Shown: positions 12,430-25,922 of the stretch, in pieces | How the letters are laid out: each line of letters opens with the position of its first letter | Position numbering within the stretch: the first letter of the stretch is position 1 | Assembly (NCBI RefSeq): GCF_001194135.2 | Contig: NC_068987.1 | Coordinates: 49,840,748-49,895,131 of the forward strand | Origin: Octopus bimaculoides | Taxonomy: Eukaryota | Length of the DNA stretch: 54,384 bases | Direction of reading: 5' to 3' | Notes under the pieces: model-generated | Seen by the model: the letters and a program-made list of their open reading frames with translations, nothing else | Databases searched by the model: none | Told to the model about the DNA's origin: nothing | Made by a program: the position numbers and the translations under genes

Positions 12430-12910
12430 TTTTCCACCTCAGACTCAGGCTACTATACTTTCACACTACTCACTTCTACTGCTGATTATGTTACCTAAGT
12501 AACAGTAGCTGTAAACTATCTTTACTGAGACTTCTGGGCAGTTAAAAGAATTCACATCATGTCTATTTTTAATTGCTATTTCTGTGCATTTGCAATATAC
12601 AAAGCCCTTTTCTGTCAAGCTGTTTATGATGCCACTGCATCCATTGAGCACATATAGTTTATATTATATACACACTATAGAACTCCTATTAACTTCTTTT
12701 CAGCAAATTAATAATGACTGCATACCAGATGACAATATAGTTTTGCATTCTTCCTTGTTAAGTAAAACAAAAGCTTTACCTAAGCTAAGTTAGACCCCGC
12801 TTTCATACTTAGAAAATTCTTTTTATAATTCTTTTTATGTAATTCAGCTATGAGGGCTAGGTCATCAACATAAAGAACTTCCCAGACAACTGGTCCTGAA
12901 CTCCTATTAT
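12430..12910 (-). pseudogene. Decayed RTE-LINE RT fragment
   Basis: The minus strand gives a degenerate EFRTxCxxxxLYVDDLALIAE and CYLGNIISS, homologous to the copy at 17.3-18.5 kb. Confidence 0.65.
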
Positions 12911-12969
12911 CAATAAAGAAGCGGTGGCTGGGTACATGCATACATAACTAAAAGCAATCATCCAAGAAA

Positions 12970-13250
12970 GTGATCCTGTGTCATATGCTCTCTACAGAAA
13001 TTAGACTACCAACACAATTACTTTACCAGTTCTGCTATATGAAGTATTATACCAAAACAAATCAAAGAAGAAAAAAATCCCATAACCTTCAAATGCTATC
13101 TGGACAAATTTCTTCAAGGAATACAGACAAACCACCTATACCTGGATACGTTTCAATCAACTGTTCCCCACTTGAATGGGCTAGGATACCACAAAACTTG
13201 ACTTTAACACGACTTAACAGAACCTATCAGGTGGTACTATTAAGTTAAAC
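12970..13250 (+). pseudogene. CR1/L2-like LINE 3' ORF remnant
   Basis: FKCYLDKFLQGIQDKPPIPGY resembles the FKxxLDKFLxxIPDQPxxPGY C-terminus of invertebrate CR1-group elements. Recognised by pattern only. Confidence 0.5.
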
Positions 13251-13718
13251 ATGGCTTGGGACAATTTTGATTGAAACATATCTAAATTATTATTATTATT
13301 ATTATTATTATTAAGGCATTAAGCCAGCAGAATTATTAATGCATCAGACAAAATGCCTTGCATCATTTCTTCTGGCTCCATAGTTCAAATACTACCAAGG
13401 TCAACTTTACCTTTCATCTTTTCAGGGTTGACAAAATAAAGTAACAGCCAAGTAGTGGGGTTGTTGCCCCTTCCCTCAAAATTAGAAGGAGCCATTATTA
13501 TTAGGTAGTGAGCTGGCAGAGTCATTAGCATGCCAGGCAAAATGCTTGGTAGCATTTTGCTTATCTTTACATTCTGAGTTCTAATTCCATTAAGGTCAAC
13601 TTTGCCTTTCATCCTTCTGGGGTCAATAAAATAAGTACCAGTTGAGTACTAGGGTTGATGTAATCGACTTGACCCCCTCCACCAAAATTTGAAAGTATTA
13701 TTATTAGTAGTATTATTA

Positions 13719-14073
13719 TTTAAAGAAGTTTGTTGTGTAAGGCCAGAACAATGTGAGAAGGTACAAAATAAACTACAAGAGGAAAAAACAAAACAAAGTT
13801 GCAGTTTTACCTTGTTTTTCTACATTTCGTGGTGAAGACCCTTTCTTCAGGACATTTGGTAAAAGTGGTAGTTGGAAAAAGTCATTGCTCAGATGTGTGA
13901 GCAACAACTTTTTCCAACTACCACTTTTACCAAATGTCCTGAAGAAAGGGTCTTCACCACGAAATGTAGAAAAACAAGCTAGAACTGCAACTTTGTTTTG
14001 TTTTCTTTTCCTGTTGTAGTTTATTTTGTACCTTCTCACATTGTTCTGGCCTTACACAACAACATTCTTTAAA
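13719..14073. repeat. 355-bp fold-back palindrome (6-nt loop) in tektin intron 3
   Basis: The arms are reverse complements with a few substitutions and one 3-nt indel. Loop GATGTG at 13892-13897. This explains the mirrored ORFs 13753+ and 13773-. Confidence 0.95.
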
Positions 14074-14152
14074 GTTATACCACACAATGCTTCACCAAAA
14101 CTACCTCATTTTATTTATTTATTATTATTATTTCTTTCGTTTTATCACTCAC

Positions 14153-14296
14153 GTGATGTTAATCTTTTCAACACCGCTTTGATATGATATGTCAGTTGAC
14201 AGGTTACGAAGCTGGAAAGCATTTTCATCAAGGTTTTGTGCGACAACTTTATTTCCACTGTCCTTCTCAAGTTCAAGTTGAGCTGCATTGTTTTGA
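14153..14296 (-). CDS. TEKT3: Tektin coding exon 3 (144 nt)
   Basis: cttcag|T CAA AAC...ATC AC|gtgagt encodes QNNAAQLELEKDSGNKVVAQNLDENAFQLRNLSTDISYQSGVEKINI(T). Phase 2 to phase 2. Confidence 0.92.
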
Positions 14297-16682
14297 CTGA
14301 AGTGACAAAGGAAAAGAAAAAACAAAAGAGAGAGAGAAAAAAAAAAGGAATCAAATAAAAACAAAATGGGTAAATAAGAGTCAGATTCAGTATTTCAGGA
14401 AAATGTTATTCATTGCAATGCATAATCTGATTAAGAAAGGAGAGATATAAAGTCAGATAGAAAAGAAAGAGATATAGACAAGCAAGGAAATGGACACAAT
14501 GTCCAACTAAATGAGAGAAATAGGTGAGAAGACATTATGAGAAGGGGTAAAATAAAATGTTTGGATGAAATGAAAGTGAGTGACTTCAAGTTTTATGTAG
14601 CCAGCTAAACAAGGTAAACTCAAAAGATTTGCATAATAATTACAAGGAATTCTAAAAAAGAAACTTGATTAATTTTCAGCTTTGAAAAGCTGAAAATGTA
14701 TGAAATAAGAAAGATGTGAAGACTCATTTATTTTTAGTATGTCAATATCATTGTTTAATCTGTTCGCTGTGTATCTTTGTGGAAACAAAGATAAGCACTC
14801 ACTAGAAAAAGAACAACATGACATCACATGATATGTAGTTCACTGATGGGTAAAGTAAAAAGAGACCCCTGGTTCTTGAAAAGTGTTTCATGGGCTTGAT
14901 GCGTAGCCAAGGAAGTGGACATGTACAAGAACAATAATATTAATAAGTTCTTACATTCGTACAAAGCCAAGCCACATATCTGTAAATAAGGGTCATAGTT
15001 AAGTTAGTACCATCATCACTGTTTTAACATTCACTTTTCTATGCTCTCATAGATCAGGCAGAATTCATTGAAGCAGATTCTCTTTGGTCAAATGCTTATC
15101 TTGTCATCAACCCTCACCCAGTTTCAAGTTAATCAATATATTTCCCCATAGCTAGACATGTTTTCACTTGTATGACTGACATTCATTTACAACCATCATG
15201 GAATATCCAGACAAGGAAGGAAACAGACAAACACACACACATACACAATGGGATTTTTTTAGTTTCTACCAAGTAAATCCACTTGCAAGGCTTTGATCAG
15301 ACCAGGATTTTAGAAAAAAACTTGTCCAAAGTACCATGCAGTGGGACTGAACCCAAAACCATGTGATTAGGAAGCAAACTTCTTAACCACACAGCTATAC
15401 CTGTACTTCAAATAATATGCTAGTCAGCACAAGCAAATTATTCATAGTAAACAGAGATGAGTAGTTAATAAGTTTGCAATATAATATTTCCCCATAACCA
15501 GACTTGTTTTTATAGTAGATTGGAAACAAAAGCCACAGGTTGTATGATGGGGAAACTTGCTTATAACTGTTGCAAGGAGACAGAAACATGCTCATATATG
15601 CACGCACACACATACACACATTATATAATGGGTTTCTTTCAGTTTCCATCCACCAAATCCATTCACTAGGCTTTCACCTGGTCCAGAGCTATAGCAGAAA
15701 ACACTTATTCAAAATGCCATGCAGTGGGATTGAACCTGAGCACATATAATTGGGAAGTAAACTTCTTAAAGCACACAGCCATAACTTACACTATAATTCA
15801 GTGAGAAGTTGAAAACCTCATGTCAAAATTAACACAAGACCCACTTACTTCACTTACACTGCCATTACTTATTTTATTGAGTCTAGCAATATTGAAAGCA
15901 TTGTTGATCTTGGTAGGATTTGAACTTAGAAATTAGAGAAGCATAACAAAATTCTGATAGCCAATTAGTCCTGTTCTCTAATGATTCAGCTACTCTACTG
16001 TCTATAATAACAAGAACAGCAAGCAACTACAGTAACTTCATCTTCCACATCTGCTTCCACATCAATAAAAGGCGGTCTGCAATGTCAGAGATGTGCTTAT
16101 AACACTGACCAATTCTCTTTCATCATTCTCCCAGTAACACAAAGTTTAAGCTATTTTTTTTACTGGAGATGGGGAGAGATCAAGGAAAATGTTTAGTTGT
16201 TAACAAGAAAGTCTCTGCAATTAGTTTGTCAGAAGTTGGCAGTATCAGCGTCATCATCACAAGGATCCTTTCAACCAGTTCTTAACTACTTTGGGTTTTG
16301 CAACAATAACCATATGAGAGATGAATCTTTGTTATCCCATTCCATAACCTTTTGACATCTACACAGAAACCACTGTAGAAGTAAATCAGTTAAACAGCTA
16401 AGGTGTTAGATAACTTGCTCAGACACTGAGAGTTCAAAGGTGATGCAAGTTACTTCAATTCACTTGTTCTCAAGAATAGGTGCAACATTATCAGAGAACG
16501 TTGGCATTCTGCCAATGGAAAATTTGTTTCTCATCATCTGACTTCTTGCCATAAAAGTGAAGATAAATATCAGCTTTTAAAAGCCAGTTCCCCCAATCCA
16601 CTTGCAGAAATTCTTAAACCTTTTCTTTGCTTTTTGTCATGGAATCAAGACAAGATCAATTCCCATTAATAAATTTACTAAC

Positions 16683-16753
16683 CTTAATTGTATTGTTACC
16701 TTTTCTATCATCCCTCGCAGTTTGTCCTGACATATTTTAATGGTTTCCACCTC
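16683..16753 (-). CDS. TEKT3: Tektin coding exon 2 (71 nt; not in the ORF track)
   Basis: taacag|GAG GTG GAA...CAA TTA AG|gttagt encodes EVETIKICQDKLRGMIEKVTIQL(S), which corresponds to the EVDTILCCQERM segment of vertebrate TEKT3. Phase 0 to phase 2. Confidence 0.9.
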
Positions 16754-17319
16754 CTGTTATTTCAGTAACAACAAAAAAGAAACAAATGTTATTTTATCTG
16801 CCATTTTATTAAACAGTTAGTCAGTATAAAAATATTTTAATGAGCATTATTCATTTTTAACATTAGCAATTCGTATTTTGGTTTCTGTAAAATGAACTTT
16901 ATATTTGTCCATGGCAATTATTTATATCTAGGTGAGCTGAGCTAGCAAGAGTTAAATAGTTGACCATATTTAAACAGAACAGGAGTGTCATGGTTGCATA
17001 TTAAACTACTGGCCAAAGATTCAACACAGATGTTATAATCAAAATCATTATTTTCATCATCATTGAACACCCATTTACCATACTTGCATGGGTCTGACAA
17101 AATTTGTTGAAGCAGATTTTCTACAGCCAGATATCCTTCCTGCTGCCAACCCTCTCATCTGTTTCCAGGTAAGGTAAAATTTCCTTTGGCCAGACATGTT
17201 TTTCATTGACAACTGAAAACAAACAATATTGCTTGCATGATAGTGATGCTCATTTACAAGCATCACATGTCAAGATAAGGGATACACACAATCACATATA
17301 AATAAATGAACAGTTGGAT

Positions 17320-18560
17320 CAAGTGATGAAGGTTGCGGAGAGGGTCATAGCCAACTAATTAGGGAGAGAGTTAGTTTAGATGAGATGCAGTTTGGGTTTG
17401 TGCCAGGGACAAGCACCCCTGATGCTATATTTCTGGTAAGACAGCTGCAGGAGAAATACCTAGTTAAAGATAAACCTCTGTATTTGGCTTTTGTTGACAT
17501 GGAGAAAGCCTTTGACAGGGTCCCCCCAATCCCTTATCTGGATCTAGGGATACATAAGTGGTTGGTGAGAGCTGTAGAAGCTATGTACAGGGATGCTGTC
17601 AGTAAGGTGAGGGTTGGCAATGAGTTTTGCAAAGAATTCAGGGTACAAGTAGGGTTCACCAAGGATCAGTCCTCAGCCCCTCTTGTTCATCATAGCCTTT
17701 CAGGTGATAACAGAGGAATTCAAGACAGGCTGCCCTTAGGAGCTCCTCTATGCTGATGACCTTGCTCTTATAGTTGAATCACTACCAGAACTAGAGAAAA
17801 AGTTACAGGTATGGAAGCAAGGTCTAGAATCAAAGGGCATTAGAGTTAACCTAGAAAAAAACCAAAGTCTTAGTAAGTAGGAAGGTGGACAAATCACAAA
17901 TCCTTTCAGATAGATGGCCCTGCTCGATCTGTAGAAAAAGTGTAGGTAGAAACTCCATAAAATGTACCTGGTGTAAGCTATGGACACATAAGAGGTGCAG
18001 CAATATCAGAGGAAGATTAACAGGAAAGATAGTTTTAGTGCGTGGAAAGTGCACAGGTACAATAAACACCAAAAACATACAGAAAATAGATTCCATCACA
18101 TGCCAGGGAAAAAAGAAAATAGAAGTAGACAATAGCTTCTGTTACCTAGGTGACCAAGTCAGTAGCAGGGGTGGATGCTCTGAGAGCATAGCTGCTAGAA
18201 TAAGAATAGGCTGAGCAAAGTTCAAAGAGCTCCTACCTCTGTTGGTAACAAAGAGCCTCATGCTCAGAGTGAAAGGCAGACTGTATGATGCCTGTGTGCA
18301 AACAGCCATGCTACATGGTAGTGAAACATAGGCTGTGACTGCTGATGACATGCATAGGCTTGTCAGAAATGAAGCTAATATGCTCTGCTGGATGTGTAAT
18401 GTCAGTGTGCATACATGACAGAATGTAACCATCCTGAGAGAAAAGATGGACATAAGAAGCATCAGATGTTGTGCACAAGAGAGATGACTGTGTTGGTATG
18501 GTCATGTAATGCGTATGGAAGATGACAGCTGTGTGAAGAAGTGTCGCACTCTAACGGTGG
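17320..18560 (+). pseudogene. RTE-clade LINE reverse transcriptase remnant, antisense in tektin intron 1
   Basis: QFGFVPG, AFVDMEKAFDRVP, (V)HQGSVLSP, ELLYADDL, a Cys-rich CSIC...CTWC...HKRC insert and FCYLGDQ. Multiple frameshifts and stops. Confidence 0.9.
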
Positions 18561-18979
18561 TGAAGCACGATCTTCAAATGTTGAACCTCACAGAGGCAAT
18601 GACAAGCGACTGAGACCTTTGGAGATATGCCATGCACGAAAAAAGCACCATTCATGCGTTGAGTCTCATGGAGGCAGTGACATCAAGCCAAGTGAGATTG
18701 TAGTCGTGGCTGATGCCAGTGTCATGTAACTGGCCCATTAAAAGCACCTTTCAATCATGAGGTGATATGCTGTGCATGTGAAGACCTATTGAACCGAGTG
18801 AAATCATAGTCATGGGCAATACCAGTGCTGTCTGTCATTTACTAAATCCACTCACAAGGTTTTGGTCAGCCTAGGACTATAATAGGAGACACATGCTCAA
18901 GGTGCCACACAGGAAGGAAGGAAGCTATGCCTGTGCCTGCAATAATTTGACATTATAAATATTCCAGAAGATTACTTAC

Positions 18980-19687
18980 TTTGACCAAATTCTTTTCAGG
19001 ATCATCACGGACCATTTCAATGCCCCGTTTCTGAGCTCTGATGTAAAGACATTCTCGCACCAAATTCAGTGGGTTTTCCGTTTCTACCAGAGTTTTTTCA
19101 ATTATTCGCTTTGCATTTTTCAGTTCTGATGTAGAAGAAGCGATGTCGCTAATTTCATGAAGAAGCTCGTTTTTCCAGAAGACTATGTCAGAGATGCGTT
19201 CTCCTAATCTTTTACCACTATTTGACTGAGTACGTTGTGTTTTCTCATCAGCTTCCTTACACATTCTTGCAGTATCAAGCCTCAGTTTTTCTGCACCACT
19301 TCGAAGATAATCAGATGTAAAATAATTATTTTGGTTAAAGCGTTCCCATTCATTTGGGGTGTAACTTGTATAGAGAGATATGGGAGGTGATTGAAGGACA
19401 GGAGCAGGTTTGAAGGAATTCAAGTTGGTATTTCCAAAAGAAAACATTGCCTTCTTATTCATAGACAGTGTGCTTTCAGCTTTCTGGGGTAGGCTGCATG
19501 CATTCTGCTGTTGTTGCCAGGGAATTTGTGTTAATGAACGCTGAAAATATCGTGGATTCGGATAGAAATCCTGCACCCTTAAAGTTGAATTCTGACGTGC
19601 AATTGTTGGCAGGGCACTGGAGCCATTGGAATTTTTACCAGAGCCAAACATATACCTAGCTTTCTGTGTATGTCCCAGAAACTCCAT
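18980..19687 (-). CDS. TEKT3: Tektin-3/5 family, coding exon 1 (236 codons)
   Basis: Translation MEFLGHTQKARY...YTPNEW...RLGERISDIVFWKNEL...ETENPLNLVRECLYIRAQKRGIEMVRDDPEKNLVK contains tektin N-terminal motifs. An acceptor (ttacag|G at 19699) lies 12 nt upstream of the ATG, and the donor AAA|gtaagt follows 18980 (phase 0). TEKT3 versus TEKT5 or a spiralian 3/5 paralog cannot be resolved without a tree. Confidence 0.92.
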
Positions 19688-20429
19688 TTCACAATGAACC
19701 TGTAATACAAATGAAAATCCAAGTCAGATATTAGTTTGTTCATAGATGTTGAAATATAAAGAACAAAAAAAATTAGTCATCTTTGTCATTAATGACAAAA
19801 GAACTAAAGAAAACAAATATGCCATGTTTATAGTACTGGGTTTCACTATAATGATTATAATCATTTATAGTATAAATGCATGATTGATACTCACTCTGTT
19901 ATCCCTTTTCAACATTTATAATATTAGAATTATTCCTTATCCATTATACTTTAATCACTTCAAATTTCTTTCTAAGCAAATACAATGACTGAATGAATGA
20001 ATGAATGAATGAATGTATGTATGTACATACATATGTATACATACACACACACATAGGTGAGTGAACAAATGAAAAAGAGGTATTGAACATATTTTGTAAG
20101 AGATACATATATTAGTTTCAAATTTTGAAACAAGGCAAGCAATTCTGGAGTAGGGGCTAAGTTGATTACATCAGCCCCATTGTTCAACTGTCACTTATTT
20201 TATCAATCCTGAGAGGATGAAAGGTAAAGTCAACCTCGGTGGAATTTGAACTCAGAACATAAAGACAAATGAACTGCCACTAAACATTTTGCCCAGCATG
20301 CTAACAATTCTGCCAGATGACTACCCTAGGAGTTACATATGTTATTATTTAAAACAGTTTGATTCAGCTTCATGCAACTTAAAGTTTCGTCGGTTTCCTA
20401 CAGAGATCTCGTCAGGTTATTTATTTTGA

Positions 20430-21520
20430 ATACCCTCAAGAAATGTACACACCCACACAGCCCTAAACAGCGACAACAGACTGGCAATCTCAAGCCATAT
20501 GAATGGCCACATCATGGACAAGTTTAGGAAGGACCTGATAAAAATATCCAAAGAATTTGGCCTGTCTATAACAGTTATGGCCAACTTGATCTTGGTCAAC
20601 TCCCTAGACATAACCCTAAACCTGAAAACAGACAAGTACTACCCTTACAGGAAACCTAATTAGGAAACTGTAATCCACAGAAGCTCAAATCACCACCTCC
20701 CCCCGCCACCCACTGCAATTTGACCCCAGTTTCAGGCATTAGCAGAAGAATATCTAAGCTTTTAGCCAAGTGGGAGATCTTCAAAAGCCTTCACCCCAAC
20801 TGCAATGACACATTAGCAAAGAGCAGATTTTCCAAGAAGTTAGCACATAAAGAGGACCCCCACCCAACCTCCACCCTTACACTTGAAGAGGACCAGAAAG
20901 AGAAAGATAATCTAGTCCAACCCAACCATTTACCCAAGAAGTTTCCACCAACATAGCTAGGAACTTCCAGTTGTTGATTAAGAAGCATTTCCCCAGGGGC
21001 CATAAGTACTATGAGCTTTTCAACCCACATTAATGTCAAGGAGAGCTACTCCTGTTTAGACAATATCACTTCTAACATTGCAAGTTACAATAGATGCAAA
21101 CATGCACTCACAAAACCTCCAAACCCAACCTGTAATTTCGGAAACCCTACCAGCTGCCCTCTAAGAAGGTCCTGCCTCTGAACAGCCATAATGTACAGAG
21201 CCAACCTCACACTATCCAACGGCACTACAAGGCACTACACAGGTATGATGGCCAATGACTTCAAGGGAAGGTACATGCAGCACATTCATTCCCTTAGATG
21301 CTGGGATAAAGAGAATTCTGCCTCTTTGTCTCATTTCCTCTGGAATGAAACCCCCAACATTGAATAGACCACCATCGGCAGGACCCCATCTTATACACTG
21401 AACACCCACAATTGCCAACTCTGTCTCTGTGTAAGACTGTATATTCTCCACCAACCTGCAGTATCTAGCAACAGGAAATACAAACTATCTTCTTGCTGCC
21501 ATCAGAGGTATACCCTCCTG
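20430..21520 (+). pseudogene. Penelope-like element remnant (RT C-terminus plus GIY-YIG)
   Basis: Broken frames give a degenerate YxDD region, LDITLNLKTDKYYPYRKPN, HRSSNHPP, ISRRISKL, NPHxxxxSYSCLDN, a Cys-rich linker, IMYRA...YTGM...FKGRY..H and CQLCL. Confidence 0.75.
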
Positions 21521-22447
21521 GTGAACTTCAAACCACTGGCTGCCAACAATCCAGCTACACCACCTTAACATTGGCTGCCCCACAACCAAGGGCAGGGTTC
21601 CTAACAACCAATGCCTGTGCAGACCACAGGCTGACCTCCCAATCTTATGCATCTCCTGTAACCTCCTACACTCATCTCCATATTCATAGGTGTGCACATG
21701 CACACACACAGCTACATATGTATGCTTTTCCTCGCTTTCTTTCTTCCCACTAACACTACCAAACCTCAATCCAATCCCACTCCCCCACCCAGCAATGCTC
21801 TTGCAACCACACTCGCATACCCTCATCATGCTCAAACACACAAATATCAAAAGCATATGTTAGGAAGGTCATCCAGCTACAGAAACCATATTCAAACAGA
21901 CAACTGGAGTCTGGACAGTGCCCAAGCTGGCCAACTCCTGTCAAACGATCCAACTCCCTAGATAAAAATACATGCATGCATTCATGTTCTTCCAGACAAA
22001 CATGCACACATTCATACATACATTCATTCTAAACACATACACATATACAGTAGGCACTAACGTACATGTATTCACACACACATACATACACATATTCATA
22101 CTACTGATATACACAGCTGACATATGCATGGAGTCAAATCAAACATTATTAAATAACAATGACAGACTTTCTCGTTGAAGACAACATATGAGTGTTCAGC
22201 TTTTACTGAACAACCTGCACAAATGCTTTTTTATAGTGATCAAATGTATGTGCTGTACATTATCTCACTTCCTCCATCAAACTGACATTGCTTGAACAAG
22301 TGCACAGTGTACCATATGTAAGGTGCTGAAGTGATCACAGAGCAACACAAGATGAAGCACTTTGCTCAAGAACACAACACACCACACAGTCTTAGAACTG
22401 AAACCACGATTTCGCGATCGTGAACACAACACCCTAACCACTAAGCC

Positions 22448-22480
<33 letters not shown>

Positions 22481-22484
22481 CATC

Positions 22485-23165
22485 ATCATCATCATCATCA
22501 TCGTTTAACGTCCGCTTTCCATGCTAGCATGGGTTGGACGATTTGACTGAGGACTGGTGAAACCGGATGGCAACACCAGGCTCCAGTCTGATTTGGCAGA
22601 GTTTCTACAGCTGGATGCCCTTCCTAACGCCAACCACTCAGAGAGTGTAGTGGGTGCTTTTACGTGTCACCCGCACGAAAATGGCCACGCTCGAAATGGT
22701 GTCTTTTATGTGCCANNNNNNNNNNNNNNNNNNNNNNNNNNNNNNNNNNNNNNNNNNNNNNNNNNNNNNNNNNNNNNNNNNNNNNNNNNNNNNNNNNNNA
22801 GCCAGTCCAGGGGCGCTGGCAACGATCTCGCTCGAAAATCCTACAGGAGCCAGTCAGGCGGTACTGGCAACGGCCACGCTCAAAATGGTGCATCTCATGT
22901 GCCACCCGCACAAGAACCAGTCCAGGGGCACTGGCAACGATCTTACTTGGCTTGCCGGGTCTTCTCACGCACAGCACATTTCCAAAGGTCTCGGTCAGTA
23001 GTCATCGCCTCGGTGAGGCCCAATGTACGAAGGTCTTGCCTCACCACCTCAGCCCAGGTCTTCCTGGGCCTACCTCTTCCACGGGTTCCCTCAACTGTTA
23101 GGGTGTGGCACTTTTTCACGCAGCTATCCTCCTCCATTCTCACCACATGTCCATACCAGCGCAAT
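22485..23165 (-). mobile_element. 5'-truncated RTE LINE (ORF end plus 3' UTR plus (GAT)n tail); another copy at about 44740-45395
   Basis: MRWYGHVVRMEEDSCVKK...RGRGRPRKTW...DRDLWK is typical of an RTE C-terminus. It is contiguous with the abundant tail repeat. Confidence 0.88.
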
Positions 23166-24179
23166 CGTAATAATAATAATATATTCAGGAATAACGATCA
23201 TCATCATCATCATTATCAAGTGGGTTGGGAACCACAACTCATAAATTTGATTTCTGGCATGGTTTCTATGGTTTGTTGCCCTTTCTAATGCCAACCACTT
23301 TTCAGTGTACTAGGTGTTTTTTTTCATGACACTAGCACAAGTAACTTGCAAGACAAAGAAAAGATATTGTGATTTAGTGGGGGTTATAGTAAAGAAGGAG
23401 ATGGCTTTATGCTAGGTTTTGAGAGATTTAAGTATGATAGAGGAACAGGCACTAGTGTCTTGCTATAGATACACGGCTACCCTTCATTATATAAGAGTGG
23501 GAATAGCTACAAAGAAGATAAAGGTGATGGTGACAAGGTGTCAGCACAAACTCTCAAGATACAAGATGGGTATAAGAGAAAAGAGGAACAGACACTGAGA
23601 AGGGTGGGTGGACAGGTAAGTTCATAAGAGTGTGAGAGTGACGGATGGTTAGAGCTGGAGGTAAATATCAGCAAGAGTGTGAGAAGATGAAAGTAATGAG
23701 GGTGGCTCTGGAAGGAGGTGACAAGTGGAAGTATAGGAAAGGTGGAGAGCAACATTATAATAAACCTGTAGATAGATCAGAAAATAGAGAGATGATGTGC
23801 ATGGTAGGAGAGCGTAGGGAAAGAGATGCACAGTGACAGAAATGGAGATTAGCAAGTGAAGGTTGGTCACAGGAAGGACATCTAACTATACAAAATCTTC
23901 CTCCACTAGTTCTGTATGACCCATGCAGGCATGGAAAAGTAGACTTTAAAACAATTATGATGATGATGATGATGCAATATAAGAGCTGAAAATAGCAACA
24001 AAAATGTCTATTCAACAAAAGAGACAGTAAAGTACTTAATTCTCCAAGATGCAATCAAAAATGTTAATTTTGTAACCTTTCTGTGGAAGATGCTAAGATG
24101 TGATGATAAAAAATGCTGGTCAAAAATGTCATTAAGGTATAATTTTCCAATGCTACATCATATATAAACAATATATCAA

Positions 24180-24520
24180 GCCATTTATAGAAAACATGAC
24201 TTGGGATAAAGAAAAGCCTCTATTAATGACTACATGAATAAGCACCAATACAAGGAATATTGGTGGGGTATATTCATTAAAACCTCTGACATACACAAAC
24301 ATAACAGACCTGATATAGTTCTTTGAGGCAGAGAAATCATCAAAACTGCTTCAAAATGTAGTTCTACTCAGATTTAGATTTGTATCCATTATTATTAGTG
24401 CGACTGGATACGTTACTAACAGCATTATTGATAAACTCAAAAAGCTGAGATTTTCAGGCAAAGTAACCAGCTAACACACACTTTGAAAATACAATATGTA
24501 AGCAGAAGAGTTTAAAATAT
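24180..24520 (+). pseudogene. RLE-type (R4-like) endonuclease fragment
   Basis: Degenerate YWW...HNRPDIVL...PIIISATG. Confidence 0.5.
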
Positions 24521-25864
24521 AGAAGACTATTAAGATTCAACATGTAATCATTGTTGTAATCTAAATTCCAACAAAATGAGCTTAGTTTCATTAAAAACCA
24601 GCTCCATTAATATAGATATTCAAATAATTAAAAAGGTAACACATACATGCACACACACACATATACGCACATGTATGCATACAAACATAGATCATACACT
24701 CATATCTGTGTGGTTAAGATGTTTCCTTCCACACCACATGATTTCTGGATCAGTCCCACTGTGTAGTACCATGGGCCAACAAGCAGTCGTAGCCTTGTGA
24801 ATGGATTTGGTAGGAAAAAGCTGAAAGAAGCCTATCATGTGTATGTGTGTGCGTGTATTTTGGATGTATGTGTGTGTTAGTGAGTGTGCATGCATTTTGT
24901 ATGTGTGTGTGCATGTTTGTGTTACCTTGTCTTGACACTGTGTGACAATTATAAATGAGGGCCACTCTCATACAAGTGGTGTCGTTTAATTCCAATATTC
25001 TGTGAGAACGTACCTGACTATGGGGAAATATTACCTTACTTGGAAATAGGTGAGGGTTGGCAACAGGAAAGGCATCCAGTCAAAAAAAAAATGCTTCAGT
25101 AAACTCCATCAGACCTATGCAAGCATGGGAAAGTGGATGCTGACTGAATGATGATAGCAACTTGCATATACAAACATACCCACACTGAAATAAATACTGT
25201 AACTAGAGTCTGATGCAAGAATGACTTTCTACTTTCTTGTATACATACAGGCACTCTTTATCATTCTGTAACTCTCTCTCTCTCTTAACCACTCTTTTAT
25301 TTCCATCTCCATTCGCCCCCCCCCTCTCCTCTTCTTTTTAATCCAAACTCCCAATAATTGGTCTCCCAAGTAGCAGGAGATGGCATACATCACAATCTAG
25401 AACCCGAAAACCCATGTTTCTAGGTTTCTAGGTGCAGCTATGATTCACTGAAGTAGCCAGGCAAACTTGGTTTTAGTTTCAGTATTTTTTTATATTTTTT
25501 TGGTTTGCATTGTTATGTGTTTTCTGCAAGTGCAGTCCATAATGTTCAGTTTCAGAAGAACATGATGGCTACGTATTTAATCAATGAAATCAATATTGAT
25601 TATATAAAACAAAAAAAAATCTGTCTGTTTACTCAAGGTTTATTTCAATTCATATGGGTAGCCAGATGGAAAACTAATTATAAATTTGAAATATGCACAC
25701 AAGTACATGCAAATGCACATACATAAAATTAATATATGATAATTACATCGATGTATATTTATCATCATCATCATCATTGTTTAACGTCCGCTTTCCATGC
25801 TAGCATGGGTTGGACGATTTGACTGAGGACTGGTGAAACCGGATGGCAACACCAGGCTGCAATA

Positions 25865-25922
<58 letters not shown>

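Noticed and set aside
13753-14039. Two nearly identical 88-aa ORFs on opposite strands
   Set aside because: A by-product of the DNA palindrome; no protein family features.
16300-16560. Possible hAT transposase C-terminal remnant on the minus strand
   Set aside because: Only a faint SVSEQV resemblance across stops and frameshifts; not supportable.
22547-22566. CTGAGGA...GAAA in the RTE tail (GACTGAGGACTGGTGAAACC), resembling a hammerhead core
   Set aside because: Only 5 nt separate the motifs, so helix II cannot form, and other copies lack GAAA.
25778-25858. 80-bp stretch identical to 22503-22582, ending at a TA tract
   Set aside because: Explained by a young high-copy RTE tail or assembly collapse; no evidence of anything specific.
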